A stretch of 64,000 nucleotides of DNA from Nitrospirota bacterium (GCA_016180645.1 JACPAV010000004.1:157544-221543), one strand, 5' to 3'. Positions 24,690 to 35,416 are shown, numbered from the stretch's first letter. Notes: generated by a model from the sequence alone, not told the origin. Numbers and translations: made by a program.

Positions 24690-25104
24690 TCCGTTTCTCC
24701 TTTTCGGCGAGCCCGCATAACTTCCCTTCTATCTCCAGAGCGTAGACTCGCAGGAGGGCACGTTCCGGATCCAGTACCGCGTGGTAGCGGATATCTTCCG
24801 TTCCGGCGGTGCGGATGAAGAGTTCGGTCGAGTTCTTCTTGTCGATGAGTTCAATGCCTTGAATGGCGGCGATCGGGAATACACAGATCCGCTTCCGCGC
24901 GCTTCCGGCGGTGAGATCCACAATGGCCGACCCCACGATTCCGCCGAACTCCAAGACCGGCTTCCCCTCCCCGTGACTGACTTGGTAAAAATGGGCGGAG
25001 AGGTCCGTTTCCCATCGGGAAAGGGTCCGGACGAAATCTTCAACAACCTCCGAGGGAAAGTGCTCCGCCGCGACTTTCCTAATCCTCTTGCTCAGGAGTT
25101 CCAA
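24673..25104 (-). CDS. Hypothetical protein
   Basis: Globular-looking ORF from TTG 25104, just after the hydrolase stop, with GGAG upstream. Confidence 0.6.
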   Translation of the reverse strand: MELLSKRIRKVAAEHFPSEVVEDFVRTLSRWETDLSAHFYQVSHGEGKPVLEFGGIVGSAIVDLTAGSARKRICVFPIAAIQGIELIDKKNSTELFIRTAGTEDIRYHAVLDPERALLRVYALEIEGKLCGLAEKEKRISRSG

Positions 25105-25108
25105 CGAC

Positions 25109-27052
25109 CTACTTCTCTCCGCGGGGGATGATGACGGGTGATCCTGTCTCCACGTAAGTGCGGAAGAACTCCTGGACTTGGCGGGAGGCGCGGTCGTCCT
25201 CGAAGACGACCCAGTGGCGCCCCTGTTCGTATTGCTGGTCGCCGCCCGTGAGCTTGACACCGGTCGGAACGGATACATTCAAAGAAACCGGGGGCGTCAA
25301 CGGCTCCCTGCCCAACACTTGGAGGAACGGCACGTCCTTCATGAGAGGCGTGAGCATATCCACGCCGAGTGCTACGGCCAGAGCTTCGTTAGTGGAGGGA
25401 GGCAGATAGACGTCCTTGAAGCCCTCTGTCATGAAGACATGCTTGGGCGCGTCGGTATTGATCATCACGTAGGGAGCATAGTTCACTGGATCGACCGGCT
25501 CGGTGACGGATTGAAAGAGTGTGAGGAGAAAGTAGAATTCGTCCACCGGCTCGCCCGCCACGCCGAACCAGGATTTCAACGTCTCCCCCGCTTGTTCGGG
25601 GGTCACCCCGAGGAGGTCGGCGATTTCATCATCGCCCTTGAACAGCCGGTCCTTCACGAAATAGATCATGTTTCCACCCGAGCCGCTGAGCATCGCCGCC
25701 TTCACGTCCGGGTCGATCATGAGGTACGGCACGCCGGTCGTCGTCCCCTGCGAATGGCCCATGAAAAGGATCTTGTTGGCATCGAACGTGATGGGTAGTT
25801 TCTGGGTTGTGATCTCGGCGGGCACGACGAGCTTCCGGACGAGCAGCGATGTTTCAAGCGTATCGAAAGCGGCCTGACGGAGCAGATCGAGTGAGGAATT
25901 CACGTTGGTGAGATTCACCGTGAGCATGATGGCGGGGACATCGGAGGGATTTCGCGCGCCGTGGAGCGGTTGATCGATCGCGATGACCGCCGTATCGATC
26001 TGGGCGAAAAGGCACGGGAGGTCTTCATTCACGAAACTGAACCGGTCGCCTCCGGTTCCGTGCATGTAGATGACAACGGGGAAGCCGGTTGACGGCGGTG
26101 CGGATTTCGGGAGCGAGAGGCCGAACGAAAGAGTTTCTTGCGTTTGGGGCTGAGGGGTTCCGTCCGGTGCGAGGACAAAGATCCCGGTTCCGGGGTCGGC
26201 GTAAGGCGCAGGTCCTGAGAGGAAGTTCGGTTCCTGGAACTTCCCTTCGTAAAGGTCGAAACATTCACTCGCCTTCTTGAGTTTCTTGGTTTGGATACTC
26301 GTGGCAGTTGGGGAGGGCAACTGGCGCAGGTACTCGGCCCCCTTCAGGAGTGGACCCAGCACGTCCTGGGTGGTGAATACAGCCGCGGCAGCGATGTCGT
26401 CGCCCTTCGCCAGCACGCGGGACCGAACGAACTTGAGGTCGGTGGCAAGATGGCCCTGCTCGGCTTGGAGGAAGGTTTCCATCGAGCCCAGGCTGAGCCC
26501 GTCGGCGTCTTCGACAGTTCGCGTGAGAACGGCGGCGTATCGGGAGGCGGGGCGCATCGGGAACCCCGGGAACGGGAGCAGCACGAGCGTATTCGCGGGC
26601 GAGAACTTGGTGGACTCCTTCAGAAACTTGATTAGAAGGGGTACTCGTTCGCCGAGATACGGGGAAGTGGGATCGACATTGACCAAGAGCGCCGACGAAC
26701 CGGGGAGCAACGTATCGAGCGGCGTTTGCGGCAGTGTTGTTTCATCCAGCGGAGCGTTGAAATAGAAATAGACCGCCCCGCTCGTGCCGAATGCGCGGAA
26801 ACGCGTTTCCACCTGCGGTAGAAACAACCTCAGAAGCAGATTCTCGTTTCGGCCCGGCAGCCGCGAGAGATCGACAAGCCCTTGCGCGTTCAATCTGGTG
26901 TCGTCCGGAAACGGCGCCGCGAAAAAATCCTCGGCAAGTCGCACCGGCTCGTAGTTCGCCCTCGTCGGGTTCTTCGCCGGATTATTTTCAGCCCCGCATG
27001 AGATTGCCACAACAGACGCGAATAGGCTGGCTGAGAAACGAAGGCATTTCAT
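25109..27052 (-). CDS. Secreted alpha/beta-hydrolase lipoprotein
   Basis: Lipobox AISC, PFPDD N-domain, HGTGG, GHSQG nucleophile elbow; promoter TTGCAA-N16-TAGAAT 6 nt upstream. Confidence 0.85.
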   Translation of the reverse strand: MKCLRFSASLFASVVAISCGAENNPAKNPTRANYEPVRLAEDFFAAPFPDDTRLNAQGLVDLSRLPGRNENLLLRLFLPQVETRFRAFGTSGAVYFYFNAPLDETTLPQTPLDTLLPGSSALLVNVDPTSPYLGERVPLLIKFLKESTKFSPANTLVLLPFPGFPMRPASRYAAVLTRTVEDADGLSLGSMETFLQAEQGHLATDLKFVRSRVLAKGDDIAAAAVFTTQDVLGPLLKGAEYLRQLPSPTATSIQTKKLKKASECFDLYEGKFQEPNFLSGPAPYADPGTGIFVLAPDGTPQPQTQETLSFGLSLPKSAPPSTGFPVVIYMHGTGGDRFSFVNEDLPCLFAQIDTAVIAIDQPLHGARNPSDVPAIMLTVNLTNVNSSLDLLRQAAFDTLETSLLVRKLVVPAEITTQKLPITFDANKILFMGHSQGTTTGVPYLMIDPDVKAAMLSGSGGNMIYFVKDRLFKGDDEIADLLGVTPEQAGETLKSWFGVAGEPVDEFYFLLTLFQSVTEPVDPVNYAPYVMINTDAPKHVFMTEGFKDVYLPPSTNEALAVALGVDMLTPLMKDVPFLQVLGREPLTPPVSLNVSVPTGVKLTGGDQQYEQGRHWVVFEDDRASRQVQEFFRTYVETGSPVIIPRGEK

Positions 27053-27181
27053 GAGGCCATTCTACGGTCTGGGGCCTTCCTTGCAAGAGTGGAGAAGATA
27101 ATCGATCATGGGGAAGAAGATGCCCGAACCTCCCGCTGAACGGAATCGGGAATGCGAGAGTGGGCCGAAAGGAGGCGAAAC

Positions 27182-27412
27182 ATGGAACAACCAAATCAGC
27201 TCGGCAACACGGGCGCATATGCCCCCTGCCCTTGCGGGAGCGGCAAGAAGGTCAAGTTCTGCTGCGGATTGAAGGAAGACGTCGATCCGGAGAAGCCCGC
27301 TTCAGCTTCTGCGCAAGTCGAGAGCAAACGACCTCCAGCTTCACCGACACGGGGAAAGTCGGGCCCCTCCGACGCCTTCATCGGCTACCGACACGGGAGA
27401 CGCAAAGTCTGA
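27182..27412 (+). CDS. SEC-C zinc-motif protein
   Basis: PCPCGSGKKVKFCC; SD GGAGG. Confidence 0.8.
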   Translation: MEQPNQLGNTGAYAPCPCGSGKKVKFCCGLKEDVDPEKPASASAQVESKRPPASPTRGKSGPSDAFIGYRHGRRKV

Positions 27413-27480
27413 GAGGAGGTCGTCCGCTCCCGCCTGTAACGCCGCTTGCCTTGCAAGGGTGAAGCGATGAGAATGCGGCG

Positions 27481-28245
27481 ATGTCGAAAGCCGGGGCGCT
27501 CCTCAAACAGGTCCGGTTCGTGCTCGTCCGGCCTCAAACGCCGGGGAATATCGGTTCGACGGCGCGAGTCCTGACGAACTTCGGCTTCACCCATCTCTCC
27601 CTCGTCGAACCGGCCGCGGCGCTCGATCATGAAGCGGTGAAGTTCGCCGTCCACGGAAAATCTCTTCTGATGAAGGCGCGCCGCTGTGCGTCGCTGGAAG
27701 ACGCGGTGGGCGGTGATCACGTGGTGATGGGCATGACCCGCAGGCTCGGCCATCGGCGGAGACATCACTACCTCACTCCGGAGCAGGCCTGCGCGATGGT
27801 GCGGGACGTCGTCGCCTCTTCCCGCGTTTCGATCCTCTTCGGGCCGGAGGATGACGGACTGTCCAACGACGATCTCCGGTTCTGCCATTGGCTGGTCACG
27901 ATCCCGTCTCCCTCGACGCACAATTCGATGAATCTCTCGCATGCCGTGGCGGTGATGGCCTACGAACTGGCGCACCAGATCTCCGAAGGACGCGTCTATT
28001 CCCGCGCCACCGCCTCGGAAATGGAATCATTCTTTCAACACCTGCTTACCGTCCTCCACCAGATCCGCTTTCTGAAAGCCCACGATCGTCACCGGATGAT
28101 GATGAAGTTCCGGCATATCTTTCACCGCGCCGGACTGGACCAGAAGGAAGTGAAGACGCTCCACGGCGTGCTGAGTCAGATTCAGTACACGCTCGGCGTG
28201 CGCAAGGGGATCGACTTGAAGAGTTCGGCAGAAGCTGATACCTGA
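27481..28245 (+). CDS. trmJ: TrmJ/LasT-family SPOUT RNA methyltransferase
   Basis: PGNIGSTAR, FGPEDDGLSN, SMNLSHAV. Confidence 0.9.
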   Translation: MSKAGALLKQVRFVLVRPQTPGNIGSTARVLTNFGFTHLSLVEPAAALDHEAVKFAVHGKSLLMKARRCASLEDAVGGDHVVMGMTRRLGHRRRHHYLTPEQACAMVRDVVASSRVSILFGPEDDGLSNDDLRFCHWLVTIPSPSTHNSMNLSHAVAVMAYELAHQISEGRVYSRATASEMESFFQHLLTVLHQIRFLKAHDRHRMMMKFRHIFHRAGLDQKEVKTLHGVLSQIQYTLGVRKGIDLKSSAEADT

Positions 28246-28268
28246 GAGCGTACCGCACAGGGCTCATC

Positions 28269-29597
28269 GTGGATATTTGCGTTATTGGAACCGGATACGT
28301 CGGTCTCGTCACGGGCACATGCCTGGCCGAGACGGGCAACCGCGTCGTCTGCATGGACATCGACGAAAAGCGGATCCGCTCGCTGGAACACGGCCAAATC
28401 CCCATCTTCGAACCCGGCCTCAAGGAGCTGGTAACGCGGAACGTGAAGGAAGGGCGGCTCCGATTCACCACGGATCTTCGCAAGTCGCTCGATGGCGCGC
28501 TCCTCTGTTTCATCGCGGTGGGGACACCGCCCCTCAAGAGCGGCAAGTCGGATTTGTCGGCGATGTTCCGCCTGGCGCGGGACATCGGGAAATATCTGAC
28601 TCAATACACGATCGTCATCGTGAAGAGCACCGTTCCCGTGGGCACTACGATGAAGGTGAAGCAGATCATTCAGAAATCGGCCCGATCCGATTTCGCCGTC
28701 GCCATGAACCCCGAATTTCTCAAAGAGGGCAGCGCCGTCGATGATTTCATGCGGCCGGATCGGGTGGTCGTCGGCGTGGAGCGCGATGACGTGGCCGGCA
28801 TTCTGAAACGGCTCTACGCGCCTCTGGTCAGAACCGAACATCCCATCATCGTGATGGACATTGCCAGCGCCGAGCTGACGAAGTATGCGGCCAACGCCTA
28901 CCTGGCCACCCGCATCTCCTACATCAACGAAGTCGCCAACATATGCGAACGCGTGGGGGCGGACATCGAGATGGTACGCAAGGGGATGGGCGGCGATGCC
29001 CGCATCGGTTACCAGTTTCTTTTTCCCGGCGTCGGATACGGCGGCTCCTGTTTCCCGAAAGACGTCGATTCGCTCGCGCACTTCGCCAAGGCGGCCGGCT
29101 ACCGTCCCGACCTTGTGGGTGCTGTCAATTCGGTCAACCGGAGACAGAGACAAATTCTCTTTCAGAAGGTCGTGAGACATTTCAAGGGCTCCGTGGCGGG
29201 GAAGACATTCGCCGTGTGGGGTCTCTCCTTCAAACCCAAGACGGACGACGTGCGGGAGGCGCCCTCCATCGACATCATCCGCTTGCTCCTCCAGGCCCGG
29301 GCGAAAGTCCGTGTATACGATCCCGTCGCCATGCCGAACACGCAGAAAATATTCGGCCACCGACTGCAATACACGAAGAAGCCCCTTGAAGCCGCCCGAG
29401 GAGCGCATGCGCTTCTCATCCTCACCGAATGGCAGGAGTTCCGATCGCCCGATTTCGCCCAGCTCCGCGAGACGATGAAGTCCTGGGCGATTTTCGACGG
29501 GCGGAATCTTTTCGACCCGGCCGTGATCCGCAACGAAAAATTCTTCTACTACGCCTTCGGACGTCCGCCGGTGACCGGTTCGCGGGCTTCGAGCTGA
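28269..29597 (+). CDS. ugd: UDP-glucose 6-dehydrogenase
   Basis: GTGYVG, KSTVPVG, NPEFLKEG, GYGGSCFPKD. Confidence 0.96.
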   Translation: MDICVIGTGYVGLVTGTCLAETGNRVVCMDIDEKRIRSLEHGQIPIFEPGLKELVTRNVKEGRLRFTTDLRKSLDGALLCFIAVGTPPLKSGKSDLSAMFRLARDIGKYLTQYTIVIVKSTVPVGTTMKVKQIIQKSARSDFAVAMNPEFLKEGSAVDDFMRPDRVVVGVERDDVAGILKRLYAPLVRTEHPIIVMDIASAELTKYAANAYLATRISYINEVANICERVGADIEMVRKGMGGDARIGYQFLFPGVGYGGSCFPKDVDSLAHFAKAAGYRPDLVGAVNSVNRRQRQILFQKVVRHFKGSVAGKTFAVWGLSFKPKTDDVREAPSIDIIRLLLQARAKVRVYDPVAMPNTQKIFGHRLQYTKKPLEAARGAHALLILTEWQEFRSPDFAQLRETMKSWAIFDGRNLFDPAVIRNEKFFYYAFGRPPVTGSRASS

Positions 29598-29603
29598 GGC
29601 CCC

Positions 29604-30566
29604 ATGGCGAAGGGTCGGGTCGTCATCACCGGAGGGGCCGGTTTTATTGGCTCCCATCTGTGTGAGGAACTGATCCGGCGCGACTACGACGTCACGTGCA
29701 TCGACAATCTCCTCACCGGCGATCTGGCCAACATCCAGCCCCTCTTTGGAAATCCGAAGTTCATGTTCATGAAAATGGACGTGACGAACTTCATTCACGT
29801 GCCGGGGGAGGTGAACTACATCCTCCATTTTGCCTCGCCGGCTTCGCCGGTCGACTATCTCCGGCACCCCATTCCAACGCTCAAGGTCGGCGCGCTGGGT
29901 ACGCACAAGGCCCTGGGCCTCGCGAAAGAAAAGAGAGCTACGTTTTTTCTTGCCTCCACCTCCGAGATTTACGGCGATCCGCTCGTGCATCCTCAACCCG
30001 AGTCATACTGGGGGAACGTGAACCCGATCGGACCTCGCGGCGTGTACGATGAGGCGAAGCGCTTTGCCGAGGCCCTATCGATGGCCTATCACCGGAACCA
30101 CAAGATCGACGTCAAGATCGTCCGCATCTTCAATACTTACGGCCCGCGGATGAGGCGGGAGGACGGCCGCGCCGTGCCCACGTTCATCAACGAAGCTCTG
30201 GCGGGCCAACCGATGACGATCTTCGGCGACGGAAAGCAGACGCGAAGCTTTTGCTTTGTGACGGACCTGGTGGATGGAATCCTCCGGCTTCTCTTCTCCG
30301 ATTTCAACGGCCCCATGAACCTCGGCAACCCGGCGGAGTACAGCATTATGGATCTGGCCCGCATGATCGCCAAGCTCGCGGGCGTCCCGGAGAAATTCCG
30401 AAACCAGCCGCTGCCGGTGGATGACCCGAAGGTTCGACGCCCGGACATTTCCCTGGCGACGCAGAAGCTGGGGTGGTCCCCCCGCGTGCCCGTCGAGGAG
30501 GGCCTGAAGGTCACGATCGACTACTTCCGCAAGAGCGCTTCGCCCTCGGGGCGCCCGATTGAATGA
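29604..30566 (+). CDS. uxs: UDP-glucuronate decarboxylase (UDP-xylose synthase-like SDR)
   Basis: [37 protein letters not shown]. Confidence 0.9.
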   Translation: MAKGRVVITGGAGFIGSHLCEELIRRDYDVTCIDNLLTGDLANIQPLFGNPKFMFMKMDVTNFIHVPGEVNYILHFASPASPVDYLRHPIPTLKVGALGTHKALGLAKEKRATFFLASTSEIYGDPLVHPQPESYWGNVNPIGPRGVYDEAKRFAEALSMAYHRNHKIDVKIVRIFNTYGPRMRREDGRAVPTFINEALAGQPMTIFGDGKQTRSFCFVTDLVDGILRLLFSDFNGPMNLGNPAEYSIMDLARMIAKLAGVPEKFRNQPLPVDDPKVRRPDISLATQKLGWSPRVPVEEGLKVTIDYFRKSASPSGRPIE

Positions 30567-30585
30567 AGCCTCGGCGCAAATCGTA

Positions 30586-30649
30586 CGCAGGCTCAAGCCT
30601 GCGCCTACCTAGGACTCACCTCTTGGGTAGCCGCGGGCTTCAGCCCGCG
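30586..30649. repeat. Two GTAG-family REP palindromes
   Basis: cgcaggctcaagcctgcgcctac (30586-30608, minus) and gtagccgcgggcttcagcccgcg (30627-30649). Confidence 0.7.
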
Positions 30650-30670
30650 TCATTGCGTTGGGGGCTTTAG

Positions 30671-32488
30671 ATGATCCCTCCCGAGCGGATACGCAACTTC
30701 TCCATCATCGCCCACATCGATCACGGGAAGTCCACCTTGGCGGATCGCATCCTGGAACTGACCGGGGCCGTGTCCAAACGCGAAATGCGGGCGCAATACT
30801 TGGACAGCATGGACCTCGAGCGCGAACGCGGAATCACGATCAAAGCTACGCCGGTTCGGCTCGAATACAAGGCAAAGGACGGTCAAATCTATCGCATGAA
30901 TTTGATCGACACGCCCGGCCACGTCGATTTTTCCTACGAAGTGTCCCGCTCGCTTGCCTGCTGCGAAGGGGCGGTGCTCGTGGTGGACGTCTCCCAGGGC
31001 GTGGAAGCCCAAACCCTGGCCCACGCGAACATCGCGATGGAGTTGGGCCTGGGTCTGCTCCCGGTTCTGAACAAGATCGATTTGAAAAACGCGGATCCCG
31101 AACGGGCGTGCCGCGAGATCGAAGAACTCCTGGGGCTCGACACGGCGGACCACGTGCGTTGCAGCGCAAAAGAGGGGGTGGGCATTCAGGACGTTCTCGA
31201 AAGCGTCATCCGGCTGATCCCTCCCCCCAAAGGAGACCGATCCGTTCCGCTCCGCGCGCTCCTGTTCGACAGTTGGTTTGACGATTTCCGCGGCGTGATC
31301 GTCGTGGTGCGCGTATTCGAGGGGCACATCACCCCCGGGAAAACGATTCTCTTCATGTCCAATCAGAAAACCTACTTGGTCGAGGAGGTGGGCATCTTCG
31401 CTCCAAAGCCGGTAAAGGCCGACCGGCTTGACGCCGGAGATGTGGGCTACATCATCGCCGGGATTCGGGAGGTGCGCGACACGAGAGTGGGCGACACGGT
31501 GACCGAGAAGGAACGCCCGGCCTCGGTGCCTTTCCCGGGATTCAAAGCCCTGAAACCGATGGTGTACGCAGGCTTGTACCCCGTGGACTCGAACGACTAT
31601 GAAGACCTGCGCGATGCCGTGGAGAAACTGCGGCTGAACGATTCCTCGTTCACCTACGAGCCGGAAAATTCGGTGGCGCTCGGATTCGGCTTCCGCTGCG
31701 GATTCCTCGGGCTGCTCCACATGGACGTGGTTCGGGAGCGGCTTGAACGCGAGTTTGGACTCTCCGCCGAAGGATCGCTCATCTGCACCGCGCCGACGCC
31801 CCTCTTTGAAGTGATGAAGACCGATGGGGAGATCCTCCGCGTGGACAATCCGAAGAAGATGCCGGACGAGAGCCAGATCGAGCTCGTTCAGGAGCCGATC
31901 GTGCTGGCCACGATTCACGTGCCGACGCCGTACGTGGGTGCCGTACTTCAGCTCTGCGAATCGGTGCGCGGCGTTCAGAAAGAGCTCAAGTATCCCACAC
32001 CCGACCGCGCCATGGTCCTCTACGACTTGCCTTTGAATGAAATCATGGCAGACTTCTTCGACCGGCTGAAGTCGGTGTCGAAGGGATACGCTTCGCTGGA
32101 CTATGAATTCAAGGAATTTCAGGAAGCGGAGATGGTGAAAGTGGACATGCTGCTGAACGGCGAGCCCGTCGATGCCCTTTCGTTCATCGTGCACAAGCGG
32201 CGGGCCTACGATGAGGGGCGGGACATCGCGGAGCGCCTGCGAAAGCTGATTCCTCGCCAGCAATACGAGGTGGCAATTCAGGCGGCGATCGGCGGCAAGA
32301 TCATCGCCCGGGAGAACGTGAAGCCGTTCCGGAAGGACGTGACGGCGAAATTGTACGGCGGCGATATAACGAGAAAAATGAAAGTCTTGAAGAAACAGAA
32401 GGAAGGCAAGAAACGGATGAAGATGGTCGGCCGCGTCGAGGTTCCCCAGGAGGCCTTTCTGGCGCTGCTGAGGAAAGGTCAGGCGTAA
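30671..32488 (+). CDS. lepA: Elongation factor 4
   Basis: [38 protein letters not shown]. Confidence 0.98.
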   Translation: MIPPERIRNFSIIAHIDHGKSTLADRILELTGAVSKREMRAQYLDSMDLERERGITIKATPVRLEYKAKDGQIYRMNLIDTPGHVDFSYEVSRSLACCEGAVLVVDVSQGVEAQTLAHANIAMELGLGLLPVLNKIDLKNADPERACREIEELLGLDTADHVRCSAKEGVGIQDVLESVIRLIPPPKGDRSVPLRALLFDSWFDDFRGVIVVVRVFEGHITPGKTILFMSNQKTYLVEEVGIFAPKPVKADRLDAGDVGYIIAGIREVRDTRVGDTVTEKERPASVPFPGFKALKPMVYAGLYPVDSNDYEDLRDAVEKLRLNDSSFTYEPENSVALGFGFRCGFLGLLHMDVVRERLEREFGLSAEGSLICTAPTPLFEVMKTDGEILRVDNPKKMPDESQIELVQEPIVLATIHVPTPYVGAVLQLCESVRGVQKELKYPTPDRAMVLYDLPLNEIMADFFDRLKSVSKGYASLDYEFKEFQEAEMVKVDMLLNGEPVDALSFIVHKRRAYDEGRDIAERLRKLIPRQQYEVAIQAAIGGKIIARENVKPFRKDVTAKLYGGDITRKMKVLKKQKEGKKRMKMVGRVEVPQEAFLALLRKGQA

Positions 32489-33237
32489 TGCGGAAGAAAT
32501 CGGTCTTTCGGGAGTACTTGGAGTCGTTCGCTTTTGCGGTGGTGGTGGCCCTGCTCATCCGCACATTCATCGTCCAGCCTTTCAAGATCCCGTCTTCCTC
32601 CATGGTCCCGACACTCCTCGTTGGAGACCACATTCTCGTGAACAAATTCCTCTATGGAACGAAACTTCCATTCAGCCCGGCGCGCTTCCTCCGGTGGAGG
32701 GAACCCTCGCGCGGCGACGTGGTCGTGTTCAAGTACCCCAAGGACCACAGTGTCGATTTCATCAAGCGATTGGTGGGCCTCCCGGGCGAGCGATTGGATA
32801 TCTGCCCCAAGAGAATTCTGTTGGATGGCACTCCGCTGAATGATGGCTGGGGGCACTACGAACTGGATGAAGGCGGATTTCTCCTGGAAGGGACCTTTGC
32901 GGCGGCCGACTGCGTGCCCCTTGTGGTTCCATCGAAGGGCATGGGTGTCGAGTACACCGCCTCGCAGGTGCGCGTCAATCAAGAGGCCCTTAGCGACCAG
33001 GGGAGCCGTTTCGTGCGAGAGGCGATCGCGGTGGAGGAAACGGATGCGGGAACGGCGGTCGTGACGGAAGATCATTACTTCATGATGGGAGACAACCGAA
33101 ACAACTCGCGCGACAGCCGCGCGTGGGGCTTCGTGAAAAACCGGGAAGTCGAGGGAAAGGCTTTTCTCATTTACTGGTCCTGGGACAAGGAGAAAAAACG
33201 CGTCCGCTGGGACCGTATCGGCAACCGGATCCGGTAG
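32488..33237 (+). CDS. lepB: Signal peptidase I
   Basis: IPSSSM, FIKR, GDNRNNSRDSR. Confidence 0.96.
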   Translation: MRKKSVFREYLESFAFAVVVALLIRTFIVQPFKIPSSSMVPTLLVGDHILVNKFLYGTKLPFSPARFLRWREPSRGDVVVFKYPKDHSVDFIKRLVGLPGERLDICPKRILLDGTPLNDGWGHYELDEGGFLLEGTFAAADCVPLVVPSKGMGVEYTASQVRVNQEALSDQGSRFVREAIAVEETDAGTAVVTEDHYFMMGDNRNNSRDSRAWGFVKNREVEGKAFLIYWSWDKEKKRVRWDRIGNRIR

Positions 33238-33246
33238 ACGATTTCC

Positions 33247-33822
33247 GTGGGCCCGGCCCTGGCCCTCCTGCCGATTCTTTTCCTTGGCGGTCCACGTTCC
33301 ACCCTGTCCTTCTGCGAACCGACTCGTCTGACCGCTGATCTCGAATCCGGCGCGCGCGAGGCCGCTGAAAACCTGCGTCGGGAGGAGAAGCCCTACAGCA
33401 GCCTGGAGGACCGTGCGCGGTGGAGGAGCGTCTTGCCGGCGGTAACCTTTCGGTCGAGTTTCTCGGAACGGACGGCCACCGCCACCGGATCGGGGACACG
33501 CTTCTACTCCGAAATCGATTCGGAAACCGTCCTCACATCATCCAGCGAGAGCGGCCTCGTGAATCAGCGGACCTCTCCGACGGGCGTCACCGTAACCGCG
33601 ACGTGGAATCTCATGCCTTTGTTGTTCTCTTCCGGTGAGAACGCCGCGCGCGTATTCCGCAGGGAATCCTACATGCGATCCCGAAGGCGTAGCCGGGAAC
33701 TGCTGGAAGCCGTCGAAACGGCGCGGGGCGCGATCCGCCGTGTCGAAATGGGCGCGGGTTCCCCGGTGTTGGAGTGTATTGAAGCTCAGGCGGCTGTGGA
33801 AAAGATCAGGCACCGAAATTGA
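33247..33822 (+). CDS. Exported hypothetical protein, paralogue of the downstream gene
   Basis: Shares R.R...VLP...[AT]W.L pattern with 33907-34575. Confidence 0.6.
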   Translation: MGPALALLPILFLGGPRSTLSFCEPTRLTADLESGAREAAENLRREEKPYSSLEDRARWRSVLPAVTFRSSFSERTATATGSGTRFYSEIDSETVLTSSSESGLVNQRTSPTGVTVTATWNLMPLLFSSGENAARVFRRESYMRSRRRSRELLEAVETARGAIRRVEMGAGSPVLECIEAQAAVEKIRHRN

Positions 33823-33882
33823 AAGCCGATGGCTGAAAGCTGGTCCGCCTCAGGCGGACTGAGCGCTGAATGCTGACGGCTG
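33818..33882. repeat. GCTGANN heptamer array with embedded hairpin
   Basis: gccgatg gctgaaa gctg [gtccgcctcaggcggac] ... gctgaat gctgacg gctg. Confidence 0.65.
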
Positions 33883-33906
33883 TTTACCTCACGAAAGGAG
33901 GATCCG

Positions 33907-34575
33907 ATGAACCACTACCTGTGGGTTGCCGCGATGGCGGCGTGGTTGATGTCGGTCCGGGGGACTTTCGCGCAGGAGTCGAATCCTGTTGATTCGCTCC
34001 TCGCAGAAACACCGCCGGTATCCGACGTAGTCGAGGCGGCGCTCCGCCATGCGGACGTGTTCCGGGGCGGGGTCAACCGATGGCAAACCCGATCCCGGGC
34101 CAAGGCCGTCCTGCCCGTGTTCGAGGTCTCCGTATCGAGAAACGTGGGCGACGGCACTTCGGTTGATACCTCGCGGACGATCTTCGGATCGGCGTCCACC
34201 GAGACCAGCCCGGGCCAGTTCGGGAACATCATCGAAGGTCCGGATGACCGCACGCTTCGCCAGTCGAAAGACGAGGGAAAGACACTGCGGTTCGCCGCGC
34301 GATGGTCGTTGGATGAGATGATCTTCAATCCCGACGAACTTCGCGCCGCACGGGAGGCGCAGAATCTCGTCGATCTCCGCGGCGGATTGTCGCGTCAGGT
34401 GGTGGACCTCTACTACACCCGCCTCAAACTGCTCGCCCTGCTTCGACTCCCGAGCGGACTGGGCCTCGTGGAGAGAACGGACAAGCAGCTCCAAGCCGAC
34501 CGCGCCTCCGCCGAGCTCGACGCCCTCACCGGCGGCTTCTTCGCCCAGGAACTGAAGCGGTTGAAAAAGAAGTAG
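33907..34575 (+). CDS. Exported protein resembling a single TolC structural repeat
   Basis: Signal peptide; AVLP-beta strand...ARWSLD...VVDLYY...LDALTG; SD aaggagg. Confidence 0.7.
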   Translation: MNHYLWVAAMAAWLMSVRGTFAQESNPVDSLLAETPPVSDVVEAALRHADVFRGGVNRWQTRSRAKAVLPVFEVSVSRNVGDGTSVDTSRTIFGSASTETSPGQFGNIIEGPDDRTLRQSKDEGKTLRFAARWSLDEMIFNPDELRAAREAQNLVDLRGGLSRQVVDLYYTRLKLLALLRLPSGLGLVERTDKQLQADRASAELDALTGGFFAQELKRLKKK

Positions 34576-34600
34576 CGTAAAGCGTTCAATCCCCCGCGCG

Positions 34601-34660
34601 CTTCCCCCTCATGGGGAGTGAAAGAACCTTCCCCTCTCCCCGAGCGGGAGAGGGGGAGGG
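34601..34660. repeat. CCCTCTCCC/GGGAGAGGG palindromic repeat at the island edge
   Basis: cccctctccc-gagc-gggagagggg 34631-34654 plus a smaller hairpin at 34601-34617. Confidence 0.6.
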
Positions 34661-34884
34661 GGCTGATCGCCGTCGAGGCTGACACAAGGGAACTCCAGCA
34701 GATTTCAGAAGTTCTCGATTTGATTCTCGTCGGCTGGCAGGCCGAGCAGTGTGGTGATAGGATGCGCATCGATACATGACCCAGGGGGACGAAAAGAGTT
34801 AGACGGTTGAACAAAAGACCGTACCCTATTGGCGCTACAATATCAGGGCACAATGGCAAGTTAATCAATGGTTAGGCAGCTTCA

Positions 34885-35271
34885 ATGAGCGGCAAGAAAT
34901 TGACTCAGCACCGCGGAGAACTCTCCCTTGCGATGATCGCGGAGGGAATAAACGCAGCTCGCGCAAATGCAAGGCGCCTGCTTGATGATGCGAAGACTCT
35001 GCAAGATGCGGGTCGAACGCACAGCGCTGTGGCACTCGCCATCCTTAGCATAGAAGAGTCAGGGAAGATCTCGATCCTCCGGCAGATGGTGTTATGCGAG
35101 AGCGAAACAGAATGGCGGCACGCGTGGAAGGACTATCGTAGCCACACAAGTAAGAACACGGCGTGGATCCTCGGCGAGCTTGCCGCAAAGGGATATTGGG
35201 GTCAAGGCTTTACTTGCCACATAGTGGCCGTTGGAACCGCTTGGAACGGGCGCATGGGCACCGGCGCATAA
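34885..35271 (+). pseudogene. AbiV-family (HEPN) abortive-infection protein, apparently C-terminally truncated
   Basis: NARRLLDDA..L...A.ALAILSIEESGK and RSHTSK motifs; sequence looks aberrant after AAKG. Confidence 0.7.
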
Positions 35272-35416
35272 CTCGAGCGGTCGGGGCTAGACACGGGGCG
35301 TGACACATCTGGACGAGGATTGCGCGGAGTTTTGAGGTTGAGGGTGGAGCCGGAGGCAGTGGGAATCGGACGAATAAACGCGGCCAGCGGGCGGACGTGC
35401 GGAAGTTCGTTGGCGG

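Noticed and set aside
27390-27430. gacgcaaag, resembling a c-di-GMP-I riboswitch core
   Set aside because: Lies in the SEC-C coding end and lacks the upstream GGCAAA/GNRA stem
28182-32263. 604-aa and 537-aa minus-strand ORFs
   Set aside because: Antisense shadows of ugd/uxs and lepA
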